Below are positions 1 through 6,722 of a DNA stretch of 26,362 nucleotides, in pieces. The stretch covers positions 1 to 26,362 of IMG/VR virus record IMGVR_UViG_3300044670_000556; one strand, given 5' to 3'. Made by a program: the position numbers and the translations under genes. Position 1 is the first letter of the stretch. Every line of letters starts with the position of its first letter. The stretch comes from a virus. Taxonomy: Duplodnaviria; Caudoviricetes. Below the pieces are notes generated by a model. It worked only from the letters and a program-made list of their open reading frames with translations. It did not search any database and was not told the DNA's origin.

Positions 1-217
1 CACCCGCCTTATTCGCTAAACGTCGCAGAATTGTCGCAGGCTTATTCGGATTTGTCGTAGCCTCAATGAAATACAACGGGTCACGGCAATACGAGCGACG
101 ACACACCCCAAACAAATCCAGATCAATCGCGTCAGCGTCCGGCGGCATCACCCGTCTATGCCAATCCTGAACCGTCCGGTCCGCATACAACTCCCGGTTC
201 ACAATCTGCAACGGCAT
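1..217 (-). CDS. Hypothetical protein, truncated by the window edge (possible PD-(D/E)XK-like fold)
   Basis: ATG at 217 overlaps the TGA of the upstream RHH gene (TGATG). Open to the window edge: MPLQIVNRELYADRTVQDWHRRVMPPDADAIDLDLFGVCRRSYCRDPLYFIEATT. Not in the ORF track. Confidence 0.7.
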   Translation of the reverse strand, partial: MPLQIVNRELYADRTVQDWHRRVMPPDADAIDLDLFGVCRRSYCRDPLYFIEATTNPNKPATILRRLANKAG

Positions 218-345
218 CAGACCACCCCCACAATCCGCGCACGAATCCAATCCGACACCGACATTCCCGCCTGCTCAGCAGCCTGACGAATCATCGATTC
301 ATCCTGCTCCGACACGCGAAACGACAACATGACTGATTTACTCAT
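217..345 (-). CDS. Ribbon-helix-helix DNA-binding protein (42 aa)
   Basis: Manual translation MSKSVMLSFRVSEQDESMIRQAAEQAGMSVSDWIRARIVGVV matches the RHH pattern (strand LSFRV, helix, GMSVSDWIR). Strong SD GGGAGG upstream. Below the ORF-track cutoff. Confidence 0.85.
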   Translation of the reverse strand: MSKSVMLSFRVSEQDESMIRQAAEQAGMSVSDWIRARIVGVV

Positions 346-359
346 TTCAATTTCCTCCC

Positions 360-761
360 TTAGAACGGAGCCGCGTCAGACACCCACGCATCATCAGCCG
401 TGGACGACCTAGCAACCTGACTAGTTTTCGTTGTAGTCCGCACCAGATCAACACCAATATGATCCGCCGCAACCTCCCACGAAGTACGCTTATTACCTTC
501 CTTATCCTCCCAATCACGGGACTTCGCTTTACCCGTCACAATCACAAGGTCACCCTTCGACAAGGACTCAGCCGCATTCTCAGCCAACTGACGGAACGCC
601 GACACAGACCAAAACGTCGTGTCAACATCCACCCAACCATCGTCCGTCTTACGACGACCCGCAGTGACAACACGCAGATTCAACACCGCGTTACCGTTAG
701 CACCGAACCTAAGTTCCGGATCCGCGACAACGCGACCCGTCAACGTGATACCTGCACTCAT
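360..761 (-). CDS. ssb: Single-stranded DNA-binding protein
   Basis: ITLTGRVVADPELRF, LAENAAESLSKGDLVIVTG and acidic tail ending APF. Start reassigned to ATG 761 (ATGA overlap with whiB stop). Confidence 0.95.
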   Translation of the reverse strand: MSAGITLTGRVVADPELRFGANGNAVLNLRVVTAGRRKTDDGWVDVDTTFWSVSAFRQLAENAAESLSKGDLVIVTGKAKSRDWEDKEGNKRTSWEVAADHIGVDLVRTTTKTSQVARSSTADDAWVSDAAPF

Positions 762-1009
762 TGTTCTCTTTCCTTCCGTCGCTTCGCTCTGCGGATATTG
801 ACGGCATAATGGCCACCCCATATCCCGAACTGCTCATTGTTATTCCACGCGAACTCGTAGCATTCGCTACGCACCTCGCAATTGCTGCACACTTGCACCG
901 CCTTCCGGTACGCCGCGTGCGTCGCATTCGCTCCCTTGTGTTCCGGATAGAACAACTCAGGATCCACCTCACGACACCTACCGCGTTCCATCCACGGCTG
1001 ATGAGTCAT
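758..1009 (-). CDS. whiB: WhiB-family Fe-S transcription factor
   Basis: W..RGRC...DPELFYP, C-x2-C-x5-C (CSNCEVRSEC) and GIWGG motif. SD GGGAGG, ATG 1009. Confidence 0.95.
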   Translation of the reverse strand: MTHQPWMERGRCREVDPELFYPEHKGANATHAAYRKAVQVCSNCEVRSECYEFAWNNNEQFGIWGGHYAVNIRRAKRRKEREQ

Positions 1010-1338
1010 TGGTAACCAGCCTCCCTCAATAGGTCCACCATCACAGACAGGGGAACCACGCACGGCCATTCCCCGATCTTCGACGGTCCATATCCGTCCG
1101 GTCGTATGACCGCCAAAGGTAGCACACCGTCAGACGCACGGTCCGCAAGTTGACGGAGTGTCCCGGTCAGGTCAAGATTCCGGCGAGCCTTCACCTCAAC
1201 ATCAACACCAACAATGCCGGTCACATCTGAGCCGGACCGACCCGCACCGACAGGTTCCGCGAACGGCCAACCGTTCTCCCGCAGGTAGTTAGCAACGATC
1301 CTCTGACTGTCGTACCCACGTTGTTTGCGACTACTCAT
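1006..1338 (-). CDS. Holliday junction resolvase (Hjc-like PD-(D/E)XK nuclease)
   Basis: SRKQRG...VANYLRENGW, GSDV...VEVKAR catalytic pattern. Start reassigned to ATG 1338. Confidence 0.85.
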   Translation of the reverse strand: MSSRKQRGYDSQRIVANYLRENGWPFAEPVGAGRSGSDVTGIVGVDVEVKARRNLDLTGTLRQLADRASDGVLPLAVIRPDGYGPSKIGEWPCVVPLSVMVDLLREAGYQ

Positions 1339-1603
1339 CACGTTCCCAACTGTGCTTGCTCCAACCCTCAGCCTCAGCCACAAGAGGGTTCTGTGTAATA
1401 AACGAATGACACTGACGACACAATGCAACCAAATTCTCCGGATCCAAAATAGAACCACCACGCGCACGCGACACCACTTCGTGAATGTCCGTCGAACGCG
1501 CAGCATCGCAACGCTCACACACCGGTTTCTCATCAAGCATCTGCGCCACCAACGACCGACGCTGCCGATACTTCGCCTCCATCTTCCGGCTCCGATACCT
1601 CAC
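1331..1603 (-). CDS. HNH endonuclease
   Basis: CERC...DIHEVVSRARGG...ENLVALCRQCH. Confidence 0.9.
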   Translation of the reverse strand: MRYRSRKMEAKYRQRRSLVAQMLDEKPVCERCDAARSTDIHEVVSRARGGSILDPENLVALCRQCHSFITQNPLVAEAEGWSKHSWERDE

Positions 1604-2409
1604 GCCTCATCCTCAAAATCAACAAAACATCCGCAGCCGCCAACATCCATCCAATCAATCAACGCTGGTTGCGACTCCGCACGCTCACGCAACACATGCA
1701 ACGGCAAAGCACGCTTCTCACCGTTCACCACCTCAGACAAAATCGAAACAGGACGGCCAAGATAATCCGCAACTTCCTGTTCCTTACGCTCCCACACCGC
1801 GAACCGCTCCGGCATAACATCAAGCAAATGCTTGAACTGAGCCTGACCAGCACGCACACAACCACCACCACAGTTATTGTGACTGAACCCAAACGAATAC
1901 AACCTAGGCGGCTCAAGACCCTGCGCCACCGCGTCATCAATCATCTGTTGCTTCTCAAGATACGGCGGTTCAGTCAACGGAGCCTTAGCCACCCACGGCT
2001 TATAGTTTCGTTCAATCGCCGGAAGCCGATGCGATTCGCTCCAATCAATACCCACGTAAATAATAGAATCTTCCGGATCCGTGTTATCAACGATCCATTG
2101 CTTCGCAGGCTTCTGCTTCAAGTTATGGCTGCATGGCGCAAGACGACTATTACCCAAGAACCGTGAATCTTTGAACACTTCCCATATATCACGACCCTCC
2201 TGCAACCAGACAAGTTCACCACCGACATTCTTAGCAGCGTCCCTCACGAATCTGTACGTATCTGGATCTTCACCTATATGTTCATCATCCGTTGAACCCC
2301 GAACATCAGTGAACAACAACACCAGATCATCTGTGCCATGTTCTGCCGCGACGCGCTTCGCCGCAGACCAAGAACCAATCCCACCGGAAAACATCACAAC
2401 ATGCTTCAT
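1600..2409 (-). CDS. PP-loop (PAPS-reductase-like, adenine nucleotide alpha-hydrolase fold) protein with Cys clusters
   Basis: N-terminal VVMFSGGIGS PP-loop, plus PCSHNLK, YVGID, HNNCGGGCV and C-terminal GGCGCF. Confidence 0.8.
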   Translation of the reverse strand: MKHVVMFSGGIGSWSAAKRVAAEHGTDDLVLLFTDVRGSTDDEHIGEDPDTYRFVRDAAKNVGGELVWLQEGRDIWEVFKDSRFLGNSRLAPCSHNLKQKPAKQWIVDNTDPEDSIIYVGIDWSESHRLPAIERNYKPWVAKAPLTEPPYLEKQQMIDDAVAQGLEPPRLYSFGFSHNNCGGGCVRAGQAQFKHLLDVMPERFAVWERKEQEVADYLGRPVSILSEVVNGEKRALPLHVLRERAESQPALIDWMDVGGCGCFVDFEDEA

Positions 2410-2759
2410 GTGAACTGACCTGTCCCCTCAGCCGCGAACTGATGCCGCAACGCAGCCGACACCGTCTGACCCGTTGACAACTGATTACGCAACGTGTTCA
2501 TGCGTTCCTTACAGGCACGATGCTTCGCGTAACACAACTCATACGTCAGCCGCGCATCAGCCGTCTGCACCGTCGCCGTGTGCTTACGCACATCCACCGC
2601 ACCCTCCGCGAGCAGGAACGCACGCGCATACTCCACCTCGAAATGCTGCTTCGCTACCACGGCATCTTCATCCAACTGCGCAAGTTCATCCGTCGCCGCA
2701 TCCAGCAACCGCGACACCTCACCCAACCGTTGAATGACCCGCAACTGTTCAGGGTTCAT
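2406..2759 (-). CDS. Hypothetical helical/coiled-coil protein
   Basis: SD GGGAGG then ATG 2759 (MNPEQLRV). Stop overlaps the next start (ATGA). Confidence 0.75.
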   Translation of the reverse strand: MNPEQLRVIQRLGEVSRLLDAATDELAQLDEDAVVAKQHFEVEYARAFLLAEGAVDVRKHTATVQTADARLTYELCYAKHRACKERMNTLRNQLSTGQTVSAALRHQFAAEGTGQFT

Positions 2760-2976
2760 AACGCCTCCCATGATCCGTAGCGCATTCGTGGAACATCCAC
2801 GCTCCACACAACCCACACCGATTCACATCCACGCCACGCCGCACCACGCGCTTCATTGGTACGGTATCCGGCACAGGATCCTCCACGACTGCCGGCACAT
2901 CTTGTACGGGACGATTCCGCTTCAACCACTTCTGGCGAGCGTGCCACGACATACGCTCCCAATCAGCCACGCGCAT
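2749..2976 (-). CDS. Hypothetical protein with C-terminal CxxC...HxC zinc-ligand pattern
   Basis: MRVADWERMSW...RCGLCGAWMFHEC. Fills the gap with short overlaps on both sides. Confidence 0.65.
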   Translation of the reverse strand: MRVADWERMSWHARQKWLKRNRPVQDVPAVVEDPVPDTVPMKRVVRRGVDVNRCGLCGAWMFHECATDHGRRYEP

Positions 2977-3304
2977 GACGCATATTCCCCCGCAACATCT
3001 GCGCAATAGCAGACTTCATATCCTGTTCAAGACGCTCCGCATTGAACTCCTCCACGCGCCTACGCTCAGCCTCCGTCCACCGCGCCTCCTGCGCGGCTTC
3101 CAGAAAGCCAATACCCCACGACGCACCCCACCGCGAAAGATCCTCCAAAGACGTAAACCCCGCGCCATACAACTCCGCCGGATCGACACCCTCCGAACGC
3201 AGCAAACCACGCAACGCAATCAACTGACGCGTCGTCGGTTCGAACTTGTCCCATCCCGCGAACCTCACATCCGTAATCCGTGGCACATTCTCCGGACTGT
3301 TCAC
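2963..3304 (-). CDS. Hypothetical protein
   Basis: 113-aa ORF, GTGA overlap with the upstream stop, G-rich SD. Confidence 0.7.
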   Translation of the reverse strand: MNSPENVPRITDVRFAGWDKFEPTTRQLIALRGLLRSEGVDPAELYGAGFTSLEDLSRWGASWGIGFLEAAQEARWTEAERRRVEEFNAERLEQDMKSAIAQMLRGNMRHARG

Positions 3305-3477
3305 GCCTCCCCCTCATCACTACCCGGCACGTACCGGTCAGCGAATGCAGCCATATCGTTACCGCGAGCATCAACCGCGTGCGCGTAACAGAACACGCGC
3401 TCCACCATGCCTTCACCGGTCTTGATCCACCAATACTCCGACGGGTGTTCCGTGCACCCCGACCACATACAGATCAC
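3301..3477 (-). CDS. Small hypothetical Cys/His protein
   Basis: GTG 3477 overlaps the Sak stop, SD AAGGAGG. C-x4-C...C-x2-H. Confidence 0.65.
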   Translation of the reverse strand: MICMWSGCTEHPSEYWWIKTGEGMVERVFCYAHAVDARGNDMAAFADRYVPGSDEGEA

Positions 3478-4040
3478 GACAACGCCTCCTTCCGTGCCGT
3501 CCATGCCGTCAGCAATTCCGCACGTGTGTTGTCGCTCATCGCGTACGCGCCAACGTTCTTACCAACATGCATCAGATCGTCAATAGATTCAGCCGCCAGA
3601 ATCTCCGCACGCCACTTGAATATATCTTTCTCCGACGCAACCGGCTTCGGTTCCTCAACCACCGGAACTTCCGCATCCGGAATGTCCTTGTGCCACAAAT
3701 CCAACGCCACACCAAACCGCATAGCCGCAACACGGATAGCATTACTGATCGCACCCTTCTGCCGGTCATGCACCTTCCGACCCTGCGGCTCGCCATAACC
3801 GTAACGCGTCACCCCGCATACCGTCAGCCGGATCCACAACCCGCCGTGCTCATCGAAGCGCGGCAATCCCTCATCATCGAACGCGACCGGTTCCCACGAC
3901 CACTCCGGATCAACCTCAAGCAACCGGTCAGTGACCTCCGCGTGACCGACGTACTGCAACTCGCCGCCGCTGATCTTCAACGTCGCAATATGCTTAGCGT
4001 CGAACGGCTCCCGTAGTTTTGCTGCCTGTTCCTTATTCAT
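3474..4040 (-). CDS. Rad52/Sak-family single-strand annealing recombinase
   Basis: LREPF...LQYVGHAEVTDRLLEVDPEWSW...RLTVCGVTRYGYG...KGAISNAIRVAAMRFGVALDLW. Confidence 0.85.
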   Translation of the reverse strand: MNKEQAAKLREPFDAKHIATLKISGGELQYVGHAEVTDRLLEVDPEWSWEPVAFDDEGLPRFDEHGGLWIRLTVCGVTRYGYGEPQGRKVHDRQKGAISNAIRVAAMRFGVALDLWHKDIPDAEVPVVEEPKPVASEKDIFKWRAEILAAESIDDLMHVGKNVGAYAMSDNTRAELLTAWTARKEALS

Positions 4041-4422
4041 CAAAACATCCCCTGATCTTCACGTTCGCGTGAGTAACGGACCAATGCATTTTCCCGTGCA
4101 ACCCCTTCAACTTCGGCTTAGGGTTGATCACCAACCAGAACATTTCATCCTGCACATAACGCGGTGCTTTATACGGACGGACACCTTTCCACTCCGGATA
4201 CCCGGCGCGATCCGCGTACGCATCCCACGTAGATTGAATGAACTGATACAGGCCGGAGCCGCCGGATCCGTCAGCGCGAATCCTTCCCCGCGACTCTCTC
4301 CAGATCAAACATTTCCTGACCGGTTCCCACTTCTCTTCATAGTGGTAACCCCGGTACTGCGAATCCGGAATGTCCTGCGGACCACTAGCGGCCATAGCAA
4401 CGAACGCCAAAGACTCAAGCAT
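4033..4422 (-). CDS. Lysozyme-like/Rpf-like lytic transglycosylase with hydrophobic N-terminus
   Basis: CLIWRES (catalytic Glu)...GSGLYQFIQSTW...KAPRYVQD pattern. Start ATG 4422 after AAAGG, N-terminus MLESLAFVAMAA. Confidence 0.75.
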   Translation of the reverse strand: MLESLAFVAMAASGPQDIPDSQYRGYHYEEKWEPVRKCLIWRESRGRIRADGSGGSGLYQFIQSTWDAYADRAGYPEWKGVRPYKAPRYVQDEMFWLVINPKPKLKGLHGKMHWSVTHANVKIRGCFDE

Positions 4423-4612
4423 TGTTATACCTTTCGTGGATCTCTGCACGCCTACGATCAAGCCGCTTCCGGCTGTCATCCACGTAACGCTTCAGGTAGT
4501 AGAGATTGTTTTCAATGTCCTGCATACGGCTCTTGTAGCGAGCCGACGCAATCGAATAGCCAAGGAACCCGGCAGCGAACGTCCACCCGGTCCCAATCAA
4601 CAGTTCCAACAT
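4415..4612 (-). CDS. Small membrane-anchored coiled-coil protein
   Basis: SD GGGAGG, hydrophobic LLIGTGWTFAAGFLGYSIA, then a charged helix. Confidence 0.75.
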   Translation of the reverse strand: MLELLIGTGWTFAAGFLGYSIASARYKSRMQDIENNLYYLKRYVDDSRKRLDRRRAEIHERYNNA

Positions 4613-4637
4613 TTGGTTTCCTCCCTAGTTGTGTCCC

Positions 4638-4672
4638 GGTCGGGGAGCGCAGGCAGGTGCAACTCCCCGACC
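4638..4672 (-). promoter_or_regulatory. Leader hairpin of the early operon (loop CCUGCC)
   Basis: GGTCGGGGAG / CTCCCCGACC perfect 10-bp arms, a 4-bp inner stem and a 6-nt loop, lying between the putative promoter and the 4612 RBS. Confidence 0.7.
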
Positions 4673-4703
4673 TCTTGGCACAGGTCTATTCAGTTATGCG
4701 ACG

Positions 4704-4733
4704 ACGGTACACCCGGTGTCAGACAACACGCAA
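4704..4733 (-). promoter_or_regulatory. Putative sigA-type promoter P2 with a palindrome in the spacer
   Basis: TTGCGT (4733-4728), 18-nt spacer, TACCGT (4709-4704). Palindrome ACACC-N-GGTGT at 4709-4719. Lies just downstream of a terminator. Confidence 0.5.
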
Positions 4734-4751
4734 GTATGACACGCGAGGGAC

Positions 4752-4785
4752 AAAAGAAACCCCCGACCGAAGCCGGGGGAATCTC
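4752..4785 (-). terminator. Intrinsic terminator
   Basis: CCCCCGGC-TTCG-GTCGGGGG hairpin (C-UUCG-G tetraloop) then TTTCTTTT, just after the 4788 stop. Confidence 0.9.
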
Positions 4786-4787
4786 GT

Positions 4788-5006
4788 CTAGCGGTAGTGC
4801 TTGTGTGGTAAGTCTTGCGACCAAACCTCAGTAGGCAACGCATCAACCGGGACCGCGATGCACCACGACGTACCGTCGTGCTTGGCGTAGGCAGTTGCGG
4901 TCGTGAAACCGAACTCCGTCCAAAGTTCATACACATCAACAGAAGAACCCTTAGGCAGCGTAAATGCAAGCATCTTGACATTGCGGGTAGTGGTGGTGGT
5001 GAACAT
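4788..5006 (-). CDS. Hypothetical protein, monocistronic early gene (alternative leaderless start at 5042)
   Basis: SD GGGGAGG before ATG 5006. In-frame ATG 5042 sits at the predicted transcription start. Flanked by a promoter and a terminator. Confidence 0.8.
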   Translation of the reverse strand: MFTTTTTRNVKMLAFTLPKGSSVDVYELWTEFGFTTATAYAKHDGTSWCIAVPVDALPTEVWSQDLPHKHYR

Positions 5007-5048
5007 TGTGACCTCCCCGGTCGGTAGCGGCTTGTTCCGCATGTGGTA

Positions 5049-5077
5049 AATCTAAGGGTCTGTCATACGGCTGTCAA
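5049..5077 (-). promoter_or_regulatory. sigA/sigma70-type promoter P1
   Basis: TTGACA (5077-5072), 17-nt spacer, TAGATT (5054-5049). Confidence 0.85.
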
Positions 5078-5113
5078 TGGACAAAACGGACATCTATGTC
5101 ACAGTTATGTCAC
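5060..5113. repeat. Two pairs of TGTCA direct repeats with 11-nt period
   Basis: Plus strand CTGTCAT-ACGG-CTGTCAA (5060-5077) and ATGTCAC-AGTT-ATGTCAC (5096-5113). Confidence 0.75.
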
Positions 5114-5165
5114 AAAAAAAGAGAACCCCCGGCGGACCGGGGGAGGCAAAACACCAGGGGTTCTC
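5114..5165 (-). terminator. Intrinsic terminator with a large C-rich loop
   Basis: GAGAACCCCTGGTG / CGCCGGGGGTTCTC 14-bp stem (two G-U pairs), 17-nt loop, then T7. Confidence 0.85.
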
Positions 5166-5192
5166 ATGCGGGAGGAAACCGCACCCGCACCC
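5114..5192 (-). ncRNA. Candidate two-hairpin antisense RNA element with anti-SD loops
   Basis: Two adjacent hairpins carry GGUUUCCUCCC and GCCUCCCCCGGUC, complementary to RBS regions at 4615-4625 and 5012-5022. Confidence 0.45.
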
Positions 5193-5196
5193 TACA

Positions 5197-5421
5197 CTAC
5201 GGAGACTCCTCAAACCACTCCGACAAATCCGGCTCCACATTACGTTCCGGATCCAACTCAACCTGAGCCGCAAACCCGAACACCGGACGCTCCGCTTCCG
5301 GCTCACTCGCATTGATAGCAACCGCAATCGACGCAGCCTGACGCAACAACGCCAACACCTGACGCGGCGAATACTCCACATCCCGCAGGCGAACCACCAC
5401 AGAACCCACAGACACCTTCAC
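5197..5421 (-). CDS. Hypothetical acidic protein
   Basis: GTG 5421 overlaps the upstream TGA (5427 also possible). Followed by hairpins and a terminator. Confidence 0.7.
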   Translation of the reverse strand: MKVSVGSVVVRLRDVEYSPRQVLALLRQAASIAVAINASEPEAERPVFGFAAQVELDPERNVEPDLSEWFEESP

Positions 5422-5684
5422 ATCCACGGACGACCAAGCCTCTCCGCCAATGCCAGATACCCGATACCGTCCACGTAGTTATCACGGTGGTGCGTGTGGC
5501 TGGCGCGGCTGATCTTCACCAGAGCCATCATCACCGCCACATCATGCGCCGATAAGTCACGACCTATCCACGCACCCCACAGTTGTGCTATCCGTCCTAG
5601 GTTGTCCTCAGGGTTCCCATACGAGTCCTGCCGGTCCCCCATGACCGCTGCGGTAGCGTCCGCTAGTAAAGACGGGTCAATCAC
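5418..5684 (-). CDS. DUF6378-like all-helical protein (putative nucleotide hydrolase-like fold)
   Basis: DRQDSYGNPEDNLGRIAQLW...DVAVMMALVKISR...DNYVDGIGY pattern. SD GGGAGG. Confidence 0.8.
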   Translation of the reverse strand: MIDPSLLADATAAVMGDRQDSYGNPEDNLGRIAQLWGAWIGRDLSAHDVAVMMALVKISRASHTHHRDNYVDGIGYLALAERLGRPWM

Positions 5685-5698
5685 GGGAACCTCCCAAA

Positions 5699-5731
5699 TA
5701 GAAAAAGACCCCCGGCCAACGCCGGGGACTA
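5699..5731 (-). terminator. Intrinsic terminator
   Basis: CCCCGGC-GTTG-GCCGGGG followed by GTCTTTTTCTA, directly after the exonuclease stop. Confidence 0.8.
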
Positions 5732-6481
5732 CGCCGGTCGAGTCTCACCCGACCGCAACACCTTATTCCACGCACCACACACACACACAAGTTTCGGATA
5801 CTTCGCCGTCTTAGTGAACACCGAACCAGCCGGAACCAACTCAGGCGAACCACACGCATAACACCGCGACGGATCCCCCGACAACAAACCAAAATGCGGA
5901 CCCTTGATCCACGGCAACACCTGAACCATCAACTGCTCAGTGATAACCACATCCTGCTTGTTATACCGCTTGAACTCATCCCACGCAGCACGATCACCAG
6001 CAAGAACGCGGGTCCACAGAGACTGACCACCCGTCTCAAGTTTCGTATCCAACCCAAGTTGATCAGTCACGTAACCAAGTTTGTTACTCATGAACTTGAA
6101 CCGCGAACGAAACACCCGCAACAAATCCACATCCACCCACGGCGAAGGCGGACCCCAACCAAGCAGAACCCACTCACGCTGCAAATGCGGAATGTCAAAC
6201 TTGATGCCGTTATACGTCACCACCGCATCAGCCTCATCGAACAACTCCCACGCGTGCGCGAGGAACTGCTCTTTCCCGTGATGATATTCAGACCCGAACA
6301 AAACCCGCTTCTGGTGATACCACTTCGCAGCGAAACACAACACCCGCGACGGCTCAACAATCTGCGACGTAGCAATGTTCTGATCCCACAAACCCCAAGC
6401 CATGACAATAGCCGGAGCCGTTTCCAGATCCATCGTAAGGATCTTCGGTTGACGCGGTGCTAACTTATCCGACAGGCTCAC
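5729..6481 (-). CDS. RNase H-like DEDDy 3'-5' exonuclease with C-terminal zinc ribbon
   Basis: ExoI MDLET, ExoII YNGIKFD, ExoIII YNKQD, then CYACG...CVCG. Start reassigned to GTG 6481 (MSLSDKL). Confidence 0.85.
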   Translation of the reverse strand: MSLSDKLAPRQPKILTMDLETAPAIVMAWGLWDQNIATSQIVEPSRVLCFAAKWYHQKRVLFGSEYHHGKEQFLAHAWELFDEADAVVTYNGIKFDIPHLQREWVLLGWGPPSPWVDVDLLRVFRSRFKFMSNKLGYVTDQLGLDTKLETGGQSLWTRVLAGDRAAWDEFKRYNKQDVVITEQLMVQVLPWIKGPHFGLLSGDPSRCYACGSPELVPAGSVFTKTAKYPKLVCVCGAWNKVLRSGETRPA

Positions 6482-6722
6482 AAGAACAACCACCTTTGCG
6501 GTGAATCTGAACAGTCTTAGGATGAACCGGGAAACCCTCAGACGCGAGAGCATCAGCAATCGCCTGAGCAGACAACCGCGACGGATGATCCTTCGGAACC
6601 CACAACGCATCAAACAACGCCACACGATCCGACTCCCCCAACGCGTCAAGGATCACCGCCACACGGCAACGACCCCCACGCTTCGCAGGCGCAGCATCCC
6701 CCAACCGGTCAGCAAGACTCAC
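6465..6722 (-). CDS. Small HTH-like protein with C...HR..C-x-C zinc ligands
   Basis: RCRVAVILDAL...SAQAIADALASEG...TVQIHRKGGCSC. GTGA overlap with the endolysin stop. Confidence 0.75.
   Translation of the reverse strand: MSLADRLGDAAPAKRGGRCRVAVILDALGESDRVALFDALWVPKDHPSRLSAQAIADALASEGFPVHPKTVQIHRKGGCSCEPVG

Noticed and set aside
1600-2409. cysH auxiliary metabolic gene
   Set aside because: Lacks the C-terminal ECG(L/I)H catalytic motif, and the context is DNA metabolism.
4986-5000. ACC repeat encoding TTTTT as an attenuator leader
   Set aside because: It lies in a normal-length ORF with no adjacent terminator/antiterminator pair or amino-acid biosynthesis genes.
4600-5200. tRNA, CRISPR array or attP in the intergenic island
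   Set aside because: No cloverleaf with T/D loops, no repeat-spacer periodicity, no integrase in the window.
5776-5789. (CA)7 dinucleotide run as a phase-variation tract
   Set aside because: It encodes the V-C-V-C of the zinc ribbon, which is explanation enough. There is no evidence of length variation in one sequence.
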